Origin: Acidobacteriota bacterium
Lineage (GTDB): Bacteria; Acidobacteriota; UBA6911; RPQK01; JAJDTT01
Assembly: GCA_965217775.1 (NCBI GenBank)
Contig: CBDCJH010000002.1
Coordinates: forward strand, 5,280,001-5,344,000
Reading direction: 5' to 3'
DNA length: 64,000 nucleotides
Part shown: positions 1-9,333 of the stretch, piece by piece
Layout of the letters: each line of letters starts with the position of its first letter
Position numbering within the stretch: position 1 is the stretch's first letter
Made by a program: the position numbers and the translations under genes
The notes under the pieces: model-generated
Database searches by the model: none
What the model was told of the DNA's origin: nothing
The model's input: the letters and a program-made list of their open reading frames with translations, nothing else

Positions 1-784
1 GGGAGCTCGTCCCTGGATCCCTTTGGGCCAGCACGATCTTCAGCACGAAGTCGTCCTTGAATCGCTCGAACACCCAGTCGGGGTCGCTGAGGTTACGAAC
101 CGATTCGGGAGTAGGACAGGGGTTTTTGAACTCGGTAAATTGCTTGGTTGCGGGATTCACAACGACGTAGGGCATGGTGGAGCCGAGTAAGGCCGGCCAC
201 ATCCCGGTCGTATAGCCCAATCGAATGTTGCGCCAGCCATGCAGGTTCCGATAGTGATCGTCGTCGTAGATGTTGAAGATGATGTACCGGGCGGGGGTAC
301 GAGTTTCCTCCCGCAACATTCTCAGGTAGGCCTGGTAGACGGAGTACCCGCCGATTCCGAAGTTGCGCAGAGGTTCACACAGGTGGGCGGCGAGCACTTC
401 CTGCCAGGTCTCGCCGTCGCTGACCTGGTCGCAGTGAGTGAAACTGTTTCCGTAGGTGTTGATCCGGCAAGGGTTATCGCCGTACATGATGGTTCGGCGG
501 GCGCCCGCATACCGATAGGTCGATATCGATCCATCGACCCCGTGTTTGACTCGTCTGTCGGCAAACAGCCACCCCAGTTGGCTGTCGTAGGATTCCCCCA
601 GCGTTGCCCTGCCCGAGATCCAGTCCTCCACCTGCTCCCGCGGGTACAAGATACTTTTCAAGTAGGCTTGGGCCTGCCGCTCCCACGTTTCGCTTTCTTT
701 TGCCGGGCGTGCCTCTTGCGCTGCCACCGCCAGGGTGAGCACCAGGCAAGCCAACCCTGAAAATACCAGGCTCGTTCTTGGCAT
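1..784 (-). CDS. Secreted SGNH/GDSL-hydrolase-like protein (runs off the left window edge)
   Basis: Not in the ORF track; translated by hand. ATG at 784 follows an AGAGGA RBS. Signal peptide MPRTSLVFSGLACLVLTLAVAAQ, block I-like YGNSFTH and block II-like NFGIGGYS. The frame stays open to position 2. Confidence 0.7.
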   Translation of the reverse strand, partial: MPRTSLVFSGLACLVLTLAVAAQEARPAKESETWERQAQAYLKSILYPREQVEDWISGRATLGESYDSQLGWLFADRRVKHGVDGSISTYRYAGARRTIMYGDNPCRINTYGNSFTHCDQVSDGETWQEVLAAHLCEPLRNFGIGGYSVYQAYLRMLREETRTPARYIIFNIYDDDHYRNLHGWRNIRLGYTTGMWPALLGSTMPYVVVNPATKQFTEFKNPCPTPESVRNLSDPDWVFERFKDDFVLKIVLAQRDPGTSS

Positions 785-870
785 AGTCGATCCTCTGTTC
801 GAATTTCGCGTCGAAACGCGATCAACCCATGTTTTTCCTCACCTAAAATGTTCTGGCTGGGCTGGTTGAA

Positions 871-3240
871 TCAGTCATCCGCCTCGCCGCCATAGCGGCG
901 GACATCGGAGATCCGTATCTCTCCGATCTGACCGAAGAAGTTGCCCTTGCCCAACCAGTTGAAATTGCCGCCAAGGCGGGCATAGCCGGTGAGACGAGTC
1001 CCGACGCTGAACTGGGCATTGTGGCGGCGATTGTTGACGAGGCTGCGCCCATCGGGGCTCTTCATCTGCCAGATGAGCCGGCCGTCCAGGAAGAGCTGAT
1101 GGAGGTCTTCCACGTAACTGTATTGCCAGGCGACGTGGTGCCAGCGGGTGTCCTGGATGCCCACCTCCTTGGGGTCGGCCACGATGCCCTCGGGCCGGGA
1201 CCAGGGGTGCAGATCCTTGAGAGACTGTTCGGAGTCCGCGCCCAGAAAGTGCACCCCAGGCGAAAAGCTGCCGTTGGGTGAGTTGTGGTTCGAAAGGTAG
1301 AGCTCCCAGACGCCGAACTCGCTGTTGTCGTAGGTCCCACAGATGTGTCCGAAGTCGACTTTGCGGCCATAACCGTCGACGGGTCCACCTGGCCGGACCC
1401 AGGCCTCAACGGTCCAGGCCGTCTTGCAGGTCCTGAGGTCCAGCTTCTGGTCGTTCTGGGGTCCGACGAAGCCTCCTTCGCCGCCGCCGATGAAGTATGG
1501 ATACCGACCCCAGTTTGGCCGGGGTATCCGGGTTTCGCCCTTCAGATTGACCCAGGTCAGCGCCAGCTCCTCGTCGCCCCTAACAGCCCGTGGTGAAAGT
1601 CGCGCGAGCACCGAGACCGTTCCTGCGCCCGCCGGACAAGGCGCGATGAGGGAGCATACTGGGAGTATGTGACCGAGTCGCAACGCAGTCCGCCGGGATG
1701 CAGGGACGGTCGAATGCCGTGACGACTTTTGCCACGGGCTGCTAAGGTCGGCGACGCGCCTGCTGCCGGGCCCCTGCCAGTTCCAGAGGGCTACGGTCTG
1801 CTTATCCGGCGCAATCTGTCGCAGTGCTTCCGGTACCACCCGGAAGATCAGCTCCTGTGTGTCTACAGCACCGAGCCCATCTACTGCCTCGACTGTCAAA
1901 GGGGTCCGGATCACCGGCGTAGGCGTGCCCGAAAGCATACCGCTGGCCCGGTCGAGGCCGAGCCCTTCGGGCAGAGTTCCCCTTCGGATCCTCCACCTCA
2001 CCGGCTCCCTCATATACTCCGACTCCAGACGATGCCGATAAGAATGCCCTGTGAAGGCCAGAGGGAGCGACTCGGTGGTGATGTGGCCCGGACGAACCGA
2101 GAGCGTGAACAGGTGCTGGTCACTGTGGCCAATCTCATCGCTTGCCCGAATCGTAAGCCGTGCTTCGCTTGCGAGTTCAATCGGGGTGCTCTGGATGAGA
2201 CCACTCGCCCGGTCCAGGACCAGACCCGACGGCAGCTTGCCGCCGGCCAGCTCCCACCTTACCTTGCCCCGGGCCGAATCCGTAGACAAAGTTGCCGAGT
2301 AAGGCAGCTTCAGACCGGCCTCGGGCAGATCCCGGTGGATCAGACGCAGCTGCTGGGCCACCGGGTAGCGCATGATGTCGGAGATGCGCAGCTCGTCGAT
2401 CTCCCCCTCGAAGTTTCCGTAGTTGGGAAACGGCATGCGGCCGGCGGGGTCGAAATGGCTGGGCGCCTCCTGCGAGTGGAGGAAACCTCCTACGACGAAG
2501 GGAAGATCACACCGGGCAGCGTCGTTGGTCACGGACCTTCCCCCAGGACGGCTTTCCCGATAAACCAGCTTCCCGTCCAGGAACAGGAAATGCATCTGAT
2601 CTTGGTACCGGAACTGCCACACCACATGGTGCCACTCATCATCGGTGATGAGGAAAGTAGAGTTGGACCGGCCGATATGATTGACGTCGTGGCCGGGGGC
2701 TCGGGTGTAGGATCCAAAGAACCGGGCGTGGGGACCGATCCCCCGGTCGAGTACCCAGGCCCTGTCGATCCTGGGAGCGATCAGAAAGAAATTCCATCCC
2801 CCCCGGATCCCATCGGTCAGTCCGACTCCCTCATCGTCGCTCCCGCAGATGTTCCGGTACCCATTCTGTTCCGATCCCCCCGTGTGGCGGACCCACGCCT
2901 CGATGGTCCACTCCCGGGTGCAGCCCCGAAGCTCCAGCTTGGGGTTGTCGACGGGACCGACCAGGACGTTGGCATCGTCCTCGCGGCGGAGGAAGCGGGC
3001 CGTGGCTCCGAAGCCAGCACGGCTGCCCCACAACGCCTCCTGGTAAGCCCGCAGAGTCAGTTCGGGATCACCACAGGCATCGCGGGTCTCGTCACCCTGG
3101 CCTTCATCGAAGTGATAGAGAACGATGGTGTTGGGGTCGGGTTTGAAAGGCTGGGTGAAGTCCTGTGCCGTCAGTTGACCGGAACTGAGGAGCAATGTCC
3201 AGATCAGGAGCGCCGATGCAATGGTGGAGATGGCACGCAT
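871..3240 (-). CDS. Secreted LamG/concanavalin-like jelly-roll protein with two putative Ig (He_PIG-like) repeats; carries a 54-aa MITE-derived insert
   Basis: Likely start MRAISTIASALLIWTLLL (signal peptide) at 3240. Two LamG-like domains (WTIEAWVR...WHHVVW...LFLDGK...FEGEIDELRIS and a second copy) flank two LPxA...Y...LPxGLxLDRASG repeats. Confidence 0.8.
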   Translation of the reverse strand: MRAISTIASALLIWTLLLSSGQLTAQDFTQPFKPDPNTIVLYHFDEGQGDETRDACGDPELTLRAYQEALWGSRAGFGATARFLRREDDANVLVGPVDNPKLELRGCTREWTIEAWVRHTGGSEQNGYRNICGSDDEGVGLTDGIRGGWNFFLIAPRIDRAWVLDRGIGPHARFFGSYTRAPGHDVNHIGRSNSTFLITDDEWHHVVWQFRYQDQMHFLFLDGKLVYRESRPGGRSVTNDAARCDLPFVVGGFLHSQEAPSHFDPAGRMPFPNYGNFEGEIDELRISDIMRYPVAQQLRLIHRDLPEAGLKLPYSATLSTDSARGKVRWELAGGKLPSGLVLDRASGLIQSTPIELASEARLTIRASDEIGHSDQHLFTLSVRPGHITTESLPLAFTGHSYRHRLESEYMREPVRWRIRRGTLPEGLGLDRASGMLSGTPTPVIRTPLTVEAVDGLGAVDTQELIFRVVPEALRQIAPDKQTVALWNWQGPGSRRVADLSSPWQKSSRHSTVPASRRTALRLGHILPVCSLIAPCPAGAGTVSVLARLSPRAVRGDEELALTWVNLKGETRIPRPNWGRYPYFIGGGEGGFVGPQNDQKLDLRTCKTAWTVEAWVRPGGPVDGYGRKVDFGHICGTYDNSEFGVWELYLSNHNSPNGSFSPGVHFLGADSEQSLKDLHPWSRPEGIVADPKEVGIQDTRWHHVAWQYSYVEDLHQLFLDGRLIWQMKSPDGRSLVNNRRHNAQFSVGTRLTGYARLGGNFNWLGKGNFFGQIGEIRISDVRRYGGEADD
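1583..1742. mobile_element. 160-bp palindromic MITE, copy 1 (in frame inside a CDS)
   Basis: Ends ACAGCCCGTGG...CCACGGGCTGC, flanked by TA at 1581-1582 and 1743-1744. Closely similar to 17250-17409 and 44097-44256. Confidence 0.9.
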
Positions 3241-3483
3241 AGCCGTAGTCTCAGCCCTCGGAAGAGGCCTGGCGGGGTTCTTCTTCAGAAAAACCTGAGT
3301 TTCACAGCCTACACCATTCTCGTTGCGAATCCCCAAAGACCCTCGGAGAAGACGGATCTCAGCCCCTGACCTCGAAATAGCCCAAACGACTCCCCACTGG
3401 ACATCCGACCTTCTTCTCTTTGTATCCTGTATCTTGCGTGTTGAACTTTCAGCCTGAGATTCGATCGAACACGGAGGGCTCCC

Positions 3484-4719
3484 ATGACCTGGAAGAATTT
3501 CTCCCGTCGGCAATTCGCGAAACGCTTGACCATCCTTGGAGCGCTGCCACTGAGCCTCCGCCCTCTGTCGGCAGCGTCGGAAGTGGCTCCTTCGAAGCCT
3601 CCTGCTCCTCCTGAGGTCAAGTCCTACCCGGGGATCCTCAGGCACAGAGTTGTCTTTTGGGACCCTTACGGTTACTCGGCATGGCCGACCATCTTGAAGT
3701 GCCGGGATGGAGAAATGCTGATTGCGTTCTGTGAAGCCATGCGCCGGACCGCCCGATTGACCCACGCGGATCCCTCTTTCTACGGCATGATCATTCGCTC
3801 CAGCGATCAGGGTGAAAGCTGGTCGGAGCATCCCGAAGTCATCGGCGGCTATGAGTACTACGGAATGGATGATCCGGGTATCACGCAGCTGTCCGACGGA
3901 AGGATCCTGGTCAACGCCTTCCGCCGTTCCTTTGCCCCGGTGGCCTCGGTGGACAGAAGAACAGATGTTCGCTTGGCCCGGGTGGAGCCTTATCAGTGGG
4001 CGACAGGCTACAGCGACGATATGACCTATGTTTTTCACTCGTTGGACAATGCTCGCACCTGGTTGGAGCCGGTCCAGGTGGATGTCTCCCCCTTCAAAGC
4101 AGGATGTCAACTCCGGGCGATCATCGAACTGCCGGATGGAACTCTGCTTCTGCCTTGCTACGAGGAGTTCCATGGGCCATCGACTTCGGAGTCGGCGATG
4201 ACCTGGACGGCCTATGTCCTCCGATCTCGTGATCGGGGGAGGAGTTGGGGTGAACCGTCCGTGATCGGGGAACACGGGGTTCATGGCATAGGCTACAACG
4301 AGCCGGCTCTGATTCACCTGCCCAGCGGTCGGACGATCGCTCTTCTCAGGACCGGGCCGGCCGGATGGCTTTACCAGAGCGATTCGCACGATCTGGGGAA
4401 AACCTGGAGCGCACCGGCCAGGACGCCGATGTGGGGGTATCCGGCCCATCTCCGGCAGCTCCAGGATGGGAGACTTCTGGCCACCTACGGCCACCGGCGA
4501 GAGCCTTTTGGGATCCGGGCCTGTCTGAGCTCAGATGAGGGCAAGAGCTGGAATATTGAGAGCGAGATTGTACTCCGGGATGATCTCAAGAACAGAGATC
4601 TGGGATATCCGACCACCACGCAGTTGGATGACGGCACCCTCCTGACCGCCTACTACGGAAGGGACGAGAACAACGACGTGACGTGCATTCAGATCACATC
4701 TTGGAAAATAGCCTCTTGA
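3484..4719 (+). CDS. Tat-exported BNR/Asp-box (sialidase-like) protein
   Basis: Twin-arginine SRRQF signal and five Asp boxes (SSDQGESW, SLDNARTW, SRDRGRSW, SHDLGKTW, SSDEGKSW). Confidence 0.85.
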   Translation: MTWKNFSRRQFAKRLTILGALPLSLRPLSAASEVAPSKPPAPPEVKSYPGILRHRVVFWDPYGYSAWPTILKCRDGEMLIAFCEAMRRTARLTHADPSFYGMIIRSSDQGESWSEHPEVIGGYEYYGMDDPGITQLSDGRILVNAFRRSFAPVASVDRRTDVRLARVEPYQWATGYSDDMTYVFHSLDNARTWLEPVQVDVSPFKAGCQLRAIIELPDGTLLLPCYEEFHGPSTSESAMTWTAYVLRSRDRGRSWGEPSVIGEHGVHGIGYNEPALIHLPSGRTIALLRTGPAGWLYQSDSHDLGKTWSAPARTPMWGYPAHLRQLQDGRLLATYGHRREPFGIRACLSSDEGKSWNIESEIVLRDDLKNRDLGYPTTTQLDDGTLLTAYYGRDENNDVTCIQITSWKIAS

Positions 4720-5211
4720 CGGCGAAGCTGCATCATTTGCCATCGTGAGGAGTTGGCTGTCTGCGGTTCCCTGGGGGGCGAAGATTGGAGCGAAAGGCAG
4801 TCTAAAGCTTGAACATTGGTGCGAGCAGACAACTGTTTATGGCACACGAGAACGTGACTGTCCCCCTTTTCGGTCCCCCGCGCATTCCGGTGCCACTCGG
4901 CGCGCTCTTCCTTCCGGGCGCGGATCTTGATCCAGACGGATCGTTTAGGCGGGCTCATCGGCGGGGGTTCCTCCGGGCCGGGGGTTCCAGGGGGGCGGCT
5001 CTTGGCCCTCCTGGCCAGTTTCTGCCGGGGGCACGCCTCAGCGTGGCCCCAAAAGTAGGATGGCTCTCTTGTGCAGCATGGGGGGTGACTCATACTGTAC
5101 CTTCTCCGATAATAACCCACGAACTGTTCGCTTGTGGGGGTCTTCAGATAAGCTGAAGATGAGCCAAGGTGAGTTTCGTGAAATTGGCTGCCTTACCAAG
5201 GAGGAGAACAG

Positions 5212-5907
5212 ATGTTCGATCGCGTAACAGAAGATCTCCGTGAACTCCCTGGTTACACGGTTTCGGAAGTAGCACACTACCTCACCGTCCCGCCCGCGAC
5301 TATCCGGTATTGGTCAGTGGGTCGACGCCCGTACAGGCCACTCATTGAGCTTCCCGAGCGGTCCCTGACACGACCGACACTACTCTCGTTCATTAACCTC
5401 GTGGAGCTTCACGTTCTCGCGGCCATCAGACGCACGCATCGTGTAACCATGCCAAAGGTCCGCCAGGCCATCAGGTACTTGAAAGAGATCGATCCATCCG
5501 TAACGGCGCAACGTCATCCGTTGATCAGTCACGAACTGGAAACAAACGGCTTGGATCTGTTCATCGAGCGCTATGGCCGCCTGGTCAATATCAGTCAGTC
5601 GGGTCAGTTGGCTATGCGAGAAGTCCTCGAAGCCGCCTTGCATCGGATCGTTCGCGACATCCACAGGGTACCCATCAAGCTGTATCCATTTACCCGAACT
5701 GACGTGCACGACGCACCCACCACGATTGTCATTGACCCATGGCTGGCTGCCGGCCGTCCCGTGATCGATGGAACTGGCCTTGCCACCCAAATTATTGCCG
5801 AGCGCTATAAGGCAGGTGAATCAGTAAGCCAGTTGGCAGCAGACTACGAGCGTGCAGAGTCGGAAATCGACGAAGCCATCCGATGTGAGATCCCACTGGC
5901 AGCGTGA
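5212..5907 (+). CDS. Putative antitoxin, VapB45-like (N-terminal HTH + DUF433)
   Basis: AGGAGG RBS; YTVSEVAHYL HTH, LSFINLVELHVL, and a C-terminal DUF433-like IDPWLAAGRPVIDGTG...AGESVSQLAADY. Confidence 0.8.
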   Translation: MFDRVTEDLRELPGYTVSEVAHYLTVPPATIRYWSVGRRPYRPLIELPERSLTRPTLLSFINLVELHVLAAIRRTHRVTMPKVRQAIRYLKEIDPSVTAQRHPLISHELETNGLDLFIERYGRLVNISQSGQLAMREVLEAALHRIVRDIHRVPIKLYPFTRTDVHDAPTTIVIDPWLAAGRPVIDGTGLATQIIAERYKAGESVSQLAADYERAESEIDEAIRCEIPLAA

Positions 5908-6295
5908 GGAGCCCACCCTCTTTCTAGACCGCAGTCTGGGAAAACACATCATTGCAGACAGACTTCGTCGAGAGGGGATCAAAGTCGAGGTGCATGACGA
6001 CTACCTTCCAAATACTGCACCAGATGAAGAATGGATCGCCCTTGTTGGAGAGAGGTGCTGGGTTGCGCTCACGAAAGACAAACGCATCCGTTACCGGACC
6101 GCTGAGATCAGATCTGTTGTGGCGAATGCAGCTCGGCTCATCGTGATTCAGATAAATAATGCAAAAGGATCGGATATTGCCGAGGTATTGGTGAAAAGCC
6201 GCCGCCGTATTGCCCGCTTCACGGCAAAGAGGGATGCTCCGTTCGTGGCTGCGATTTATCGGGACGGTAGGATGCGAGAATATTCCATCACATGA
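5885..6295 (+). CDS. PIN-like toxin, VapC45-like
   Basis: FLDRSLG, DEEWI and ALTKDKRIR motifs. Overlaps the end of the antitoxin; the GTG start at 5885 is tentative. Confidence 0.75.
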   Translation: MRSHWQREEPTLFLDRSLGKHIIADRLRREGIKVEVHDDYLPNTAPDEEWIALVGERCWVALTKDKRIRYRTAEIRSVVANAARLIVIQINNAKGSDIAEVLVKSRRRIARFTAKRDAPFVAAIYRDGRMREYSIT

Positions 6296-6337
6296 CGAGG
6301 TGAGTCCTGGGCGCGTGCCGCCGAGAGTGAGGCTTGA

Positions 6338-6424
6338 GCCCGGGTGGCGAAAACAGGTAGACGCGCAGGACTTAAAATCCTACGAAGGTAACTCTCCTTG
6401 TGGGGTCGACTCCCACTCCGGGCA
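6338..6424 (+). tRNA. tRNA-Leu(TAA)-like gene, atypical (possibly a pseudo-tRNA)
   Basis: Acceptor stem GCCCGGG/TCCGGGC plus A, D-arm GCG...GGTAGA-CGC, anticodon loop CTTAAAA, long variable arm, T-stem GTGGG/CCCAC. The T-loop is GTCGACT, there is a C-A mismatch in the anticodon stem, and no CCA is encoded. Confidence 0.7.
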
Positions 6425-6556
6425 CTCTTGAAGGCTGGCCCCCCGCAGGCTGATAGGGGTGTTGAGGGTCTGTTCTCCCCCCTTGTGGGAAATCTCTTGG
6501 CTGCTCAGGCCGGGCTGCGCTGTGGTGGGTGGAAGTAGGTGGAACAGAGGGGGGAG

Positions 6557-7156
6557 ATGTACGGGACGGGTCCGACTTACGAGGAGTACAAGAGAGACCT
6601 CGAAGTGGCCCGGAACGGGCACGAGCAAGCGGCCCGTGAGCGGATTATTGTCACTTTGGGACTTCTTCTTGAATGCTCGACCGTGCGGGCGCAGAAGAAA
6701 GTCCAGCACCGAATCCAGACCTTTTCCGTACAGGAACTCTTTCGCGATCAGGACGATGCTGGCTGTTTGAACCAGTCTTCGGTCAACCGGCGCCGATCGG
6801 AGATCCAAGACGATCCCAATTCAGGGATCACGACAATCGGTACCCTGCCGGCGTGGGTCTTCCCCTCCTTTGCCGCGGCCGCGCTGGAGCCCAGCTTCGG
6901 GGAGCATTTCGATATCATCGGCGTTAAAGTGCCCGAGGCCCGGCTCCAGTGCATTCCGGCCCTCGACAGTGAGGAGTACCGTCGGCTGATCGAGGTGCGC
7001 AACCAGATGTGGGAAACCATCATCCGGGGCCAACGCGTCCAACCCAGTGACATCCGCACCCGGATGCAGACCGAAATCGAGTCGAGAAACGGTCTCGTAG
7101 CCGACTATTACGACCAACTCGCAGAGCAGTTGGATTCCAGACGCATTAACACCTAA
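6557..7156 (+). CDS. Hypothetical protein
   Basis: ATG after a GGGGGAG RBS; about 200 codons filling the gap between the tRNA and a convergent gene; no recognised motif. Confidence 0.55.
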   Translation: MYGTGPTYEEYKRDLEVARNGHEQAARERIIVTLGLLLECSTVRAQKKVQHRIQTFSVQELFRDQDDAGCLNQSSVNRRRSEIQDDPNSGITTIGTLPAWVFPSFAAAALEPSFGEHFDIIGVKVPEARLQCIPALDSEEYRRLIEVRNQMWETIIRGQRVQPSDIRTRMQTEIESRNGLVADYYDQLAEQLDSRRINT

Positions 7157-7161
7157 CCCAG

Positions 7162-7827
7162 TCATGGGATGCGGCCGCAGACCAGCAAGTGCCGGTCGCT
7201 CACGGTCCGCACTTCCAGATGTGCCAAGTCCGCTTCCCGAAGCTGATCCGAAACTTCGTCGGGGCGATAGGCTGCCAATAGCGAATGATAGAAGTCCCGC
7301 TGGAGGATCTCCGGCTCGTCGCCGCAGTAGGTCCGGACCAGCTCTTGCGCGCGGCGGCGGTCGTCGGGCCGGAAAAGGTCCATGATGAAGACACCGCTAC
7401 CGGGACGGGACCAGCGGTGGACTTCCCGCCACAGGATCAGCGGGTCGGGCAGATGGTGGAGCAGGCTGTTGCTTACGATGGTGTCGTAGGAGGATCGGGG
7501 GAGGGTGACTCCCGGCAGATATCCCGGATGGAGTTGTACCCGGTCCTCCAGGCCGGCCTCCTGGATGGCTTGCCGGCCGTAGTCGAGCATGGCTTGGGAG
7601 GCGTCGACGCCGTGTACCCGGCATTCCGGGAAGGCTCTGGCGACCCGGAGGCTGATGTCAGCGGCGCCGCAGCCCAGGTCGACCACACAGGGTCCGACTT
7701 CCCGGACCTGGAACGTGTCCTGCATGAGACTCAGAAAACGGCTGTGCGGTTCTTCGAAGTCCGCGTAGGCGTAGGCCCGGGCCTGTTCCTGCCCCTCCAT
7801 CAGCTCCGGCTCGGGCTCTCGCTTCAT
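7162..7827 (-). CDS. Class I SAM-dependent methyltransferase
   Basis: VVDLGCGAAD motif I, GVDAS, SNSLLHH; overlaps the folA stop. Confidence 0.85.
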   Translation of the reverse strand: MKREPEPELMEGQEQARAYAYADFEEPHSRFLSLMQDTFQVREVGPCVVDLGCGAADISLRVARAFPECRVHGVDASQAMLDYGRQAIQEAGLEDRVQLHPGYLPGVTLPRSSYDTIVSNSLLHHLPDPLILWREVHRWSRPGSGVFIMDLFRPDDRRRAQELVRTYCGDEPEILQRDFYHSLLAAYRPDEVSDQLREADLAHLEVRTVSDRHLLVCGRIP

Positions 7828-8333
7828 GATCGTCGAATGCCCCTGCTTCGGATTCGGTCCAGGGTCAGAAAGGTATAGCGGTTGGGGTCCGTCTCCTCCG
7901 GTTCATGGACATCCCTCCAGCGGACCTCCCAGAGCGACTCGTCATAGCGAGGGAAGTAGGTGTCGCCTTCGAAATCGTGCGGAAGCAGGGTCAGGTACAT
8001 GCGGTCTGCCCGGTCCAGGGTCTGGCGGTAGACACCGGCGCCGCCTCCGACGAAGACCTCGTCGTCACCTCGGGCCAGGAGAAGGGCGTCTTCCAGGGAG
8101 GCCGCCACGCGAACTCCAGGGGGAGCATAGGAACGCTGTCCGGTGAGAACGATGGAGATCCGGCCCGGCAACGGCCTGCCGATGGACTCGAAGGTCTTTC
8201 TCCCCATGATCAAGTGGTGGCCCATCGTGAGTCGCTTGAACCGCCGCCAATCGGCCGGAAGCCGCCAGGGCAACCGATTGTCGCGGCCGATCACACGGTT
8301 TCGGGCCAAGGCGGCGATGATGGACAGCCTCAT
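7824..8333 (-). CDS. folA: Dihydrofolate reductase
   Basis: [41 protein letters not shown]. Confidence 0.95.
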   Translation of the reverse strand: MRLSIIAALARNRVIGRDNRLPWRLPADWRRFKRLTMGHHLIMGRKTFESIGRPLPGRISIVLTGQRSYAPPGVRVAASLEDALLLARGDDEVFVGGGAGVYRQTLDRADRMYLTLLPHDFEGDTYFPRYDESLWEVRWRDVHEPEETDPNRYTFLTLDRIRSRGIRRS

Positions 8334-9124
8334 ACCGATATGGGAGCCCTGATGTGGGGGTGAGGATCGTAGGCCTCCAGCACGAAGTCTTCGTATCGGA
8401 AGTCGAAAATCGAAGTGATCCGGGGGTTCAGGAGGATGCGGGGCAGTGGCCGGGGCCGCCGGGAGAGCTGCAAGCGGGCCTGCTCCAGGTGATTCAGATA
8501 GAGGTGGGCATCCCCGAAGGTATGAACGAATTCACCCGGCTCCAGTTCGCAGACCTGACCCATCATCCGGGTCAGGAGGGCATAGCTGGCCAGGTTGAAA
8601 GGGACGCCCAGAAAGACGTCGGCGCTCCGCTGGTAGAGCTGGCAGGAGAGCCGTCCCTCGGCCACGTAGAACTGAAACAGCGCGTGGCAGGGCGGAAGCT
8701 TCATCCGGTCCACGTCGGCGACGTTCCACGCGCTCACGATATGGCGGCGCGAATCGGGATTCGTGCGGATGGCCTCGATGACGCCGGAGATCTGGTCGAT
8801 ATGGCGGCCGCCTGGAGTCGGCCAGGAGCGCCACTGGTAGCCGTAGATGGGACCCAGATCCCCGTCCCGGTCGGCCCACTCGTCCCAGATGGTCACCCCG
8901 TTTTCGTTCAGGTAGGCGATGTTGGTGTCTCCCGCCAGAAACCAGAGGAGCTCATGGATCACCGACCGGAGATGCAGCTTCTTGGTGGTGAGCAGCGGGA
9001 AGCCGTCGGCCAGATCGACGCGCATCTGATACCCGAAGACGCTCCGGGTTCCGGTCCCGGTGCGGTCGCTCTTCTCGACGCCGTCTTCGAAAATGTGCCG
9101 GAGCAGATCCAGATAAGCTTGCAT
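8330..9124 (-). CDS. thyA: Thymidylate synthase
   Basis: DRTGTGT, ELLWFL, LPPCH catalytic motif, [14 protein letters not shown]. Confidence 0.97.
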   Translation of the reverse strand: MQAYLDLLRHIFEDGVEKSDRTGTGTRSVFGYQMRVDLADGFPLLTTKKLHLRSVIHELLWFLAGDTNIAYLNENGVTIWDEWADRDGDLGPIYGYQWRSWPTPGGRHIDQISGVIEAIRTNPDSRRHIVSAWNVADVDRMKLPPCHALFQFYVAEGRLSCQLYQRSADVFLGVPFNLASYALLTRMMGQVCELEPGEFVHTFGDAHLYLNHLEQARLQLSRRPRPLPRILLNPRITSIFDFRYEDFVLEAYDPHPHIRAPISV

Positions 9125-9333
9125 GAGCCTGATGGTTCCTGGGCGATTCCATCGCATTGTATTAAACCGGAGCGACGGTGCGCACGCGGCTGACAGCCCA
9201 GAAGCACCATTCCTGGAGTCCCACTCCTCCTCTTTGTTGCCTGGCTAATGGCGCCGCATATAGAATCGGTCCGCTTGCTGGTTGAGCCGCCAAGGTATCC
9301 GGGGCTCCAGACTGGCAGCGAAGGAACGCGGCC

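Noticed and set aside
3241-4494. 1207-aa ORF 871..4494 as one giant protein
   Set aside because: The first ~417 aa are mostly the antisense shadow of the BNR gene; a clear signal peptide starts at 3240.
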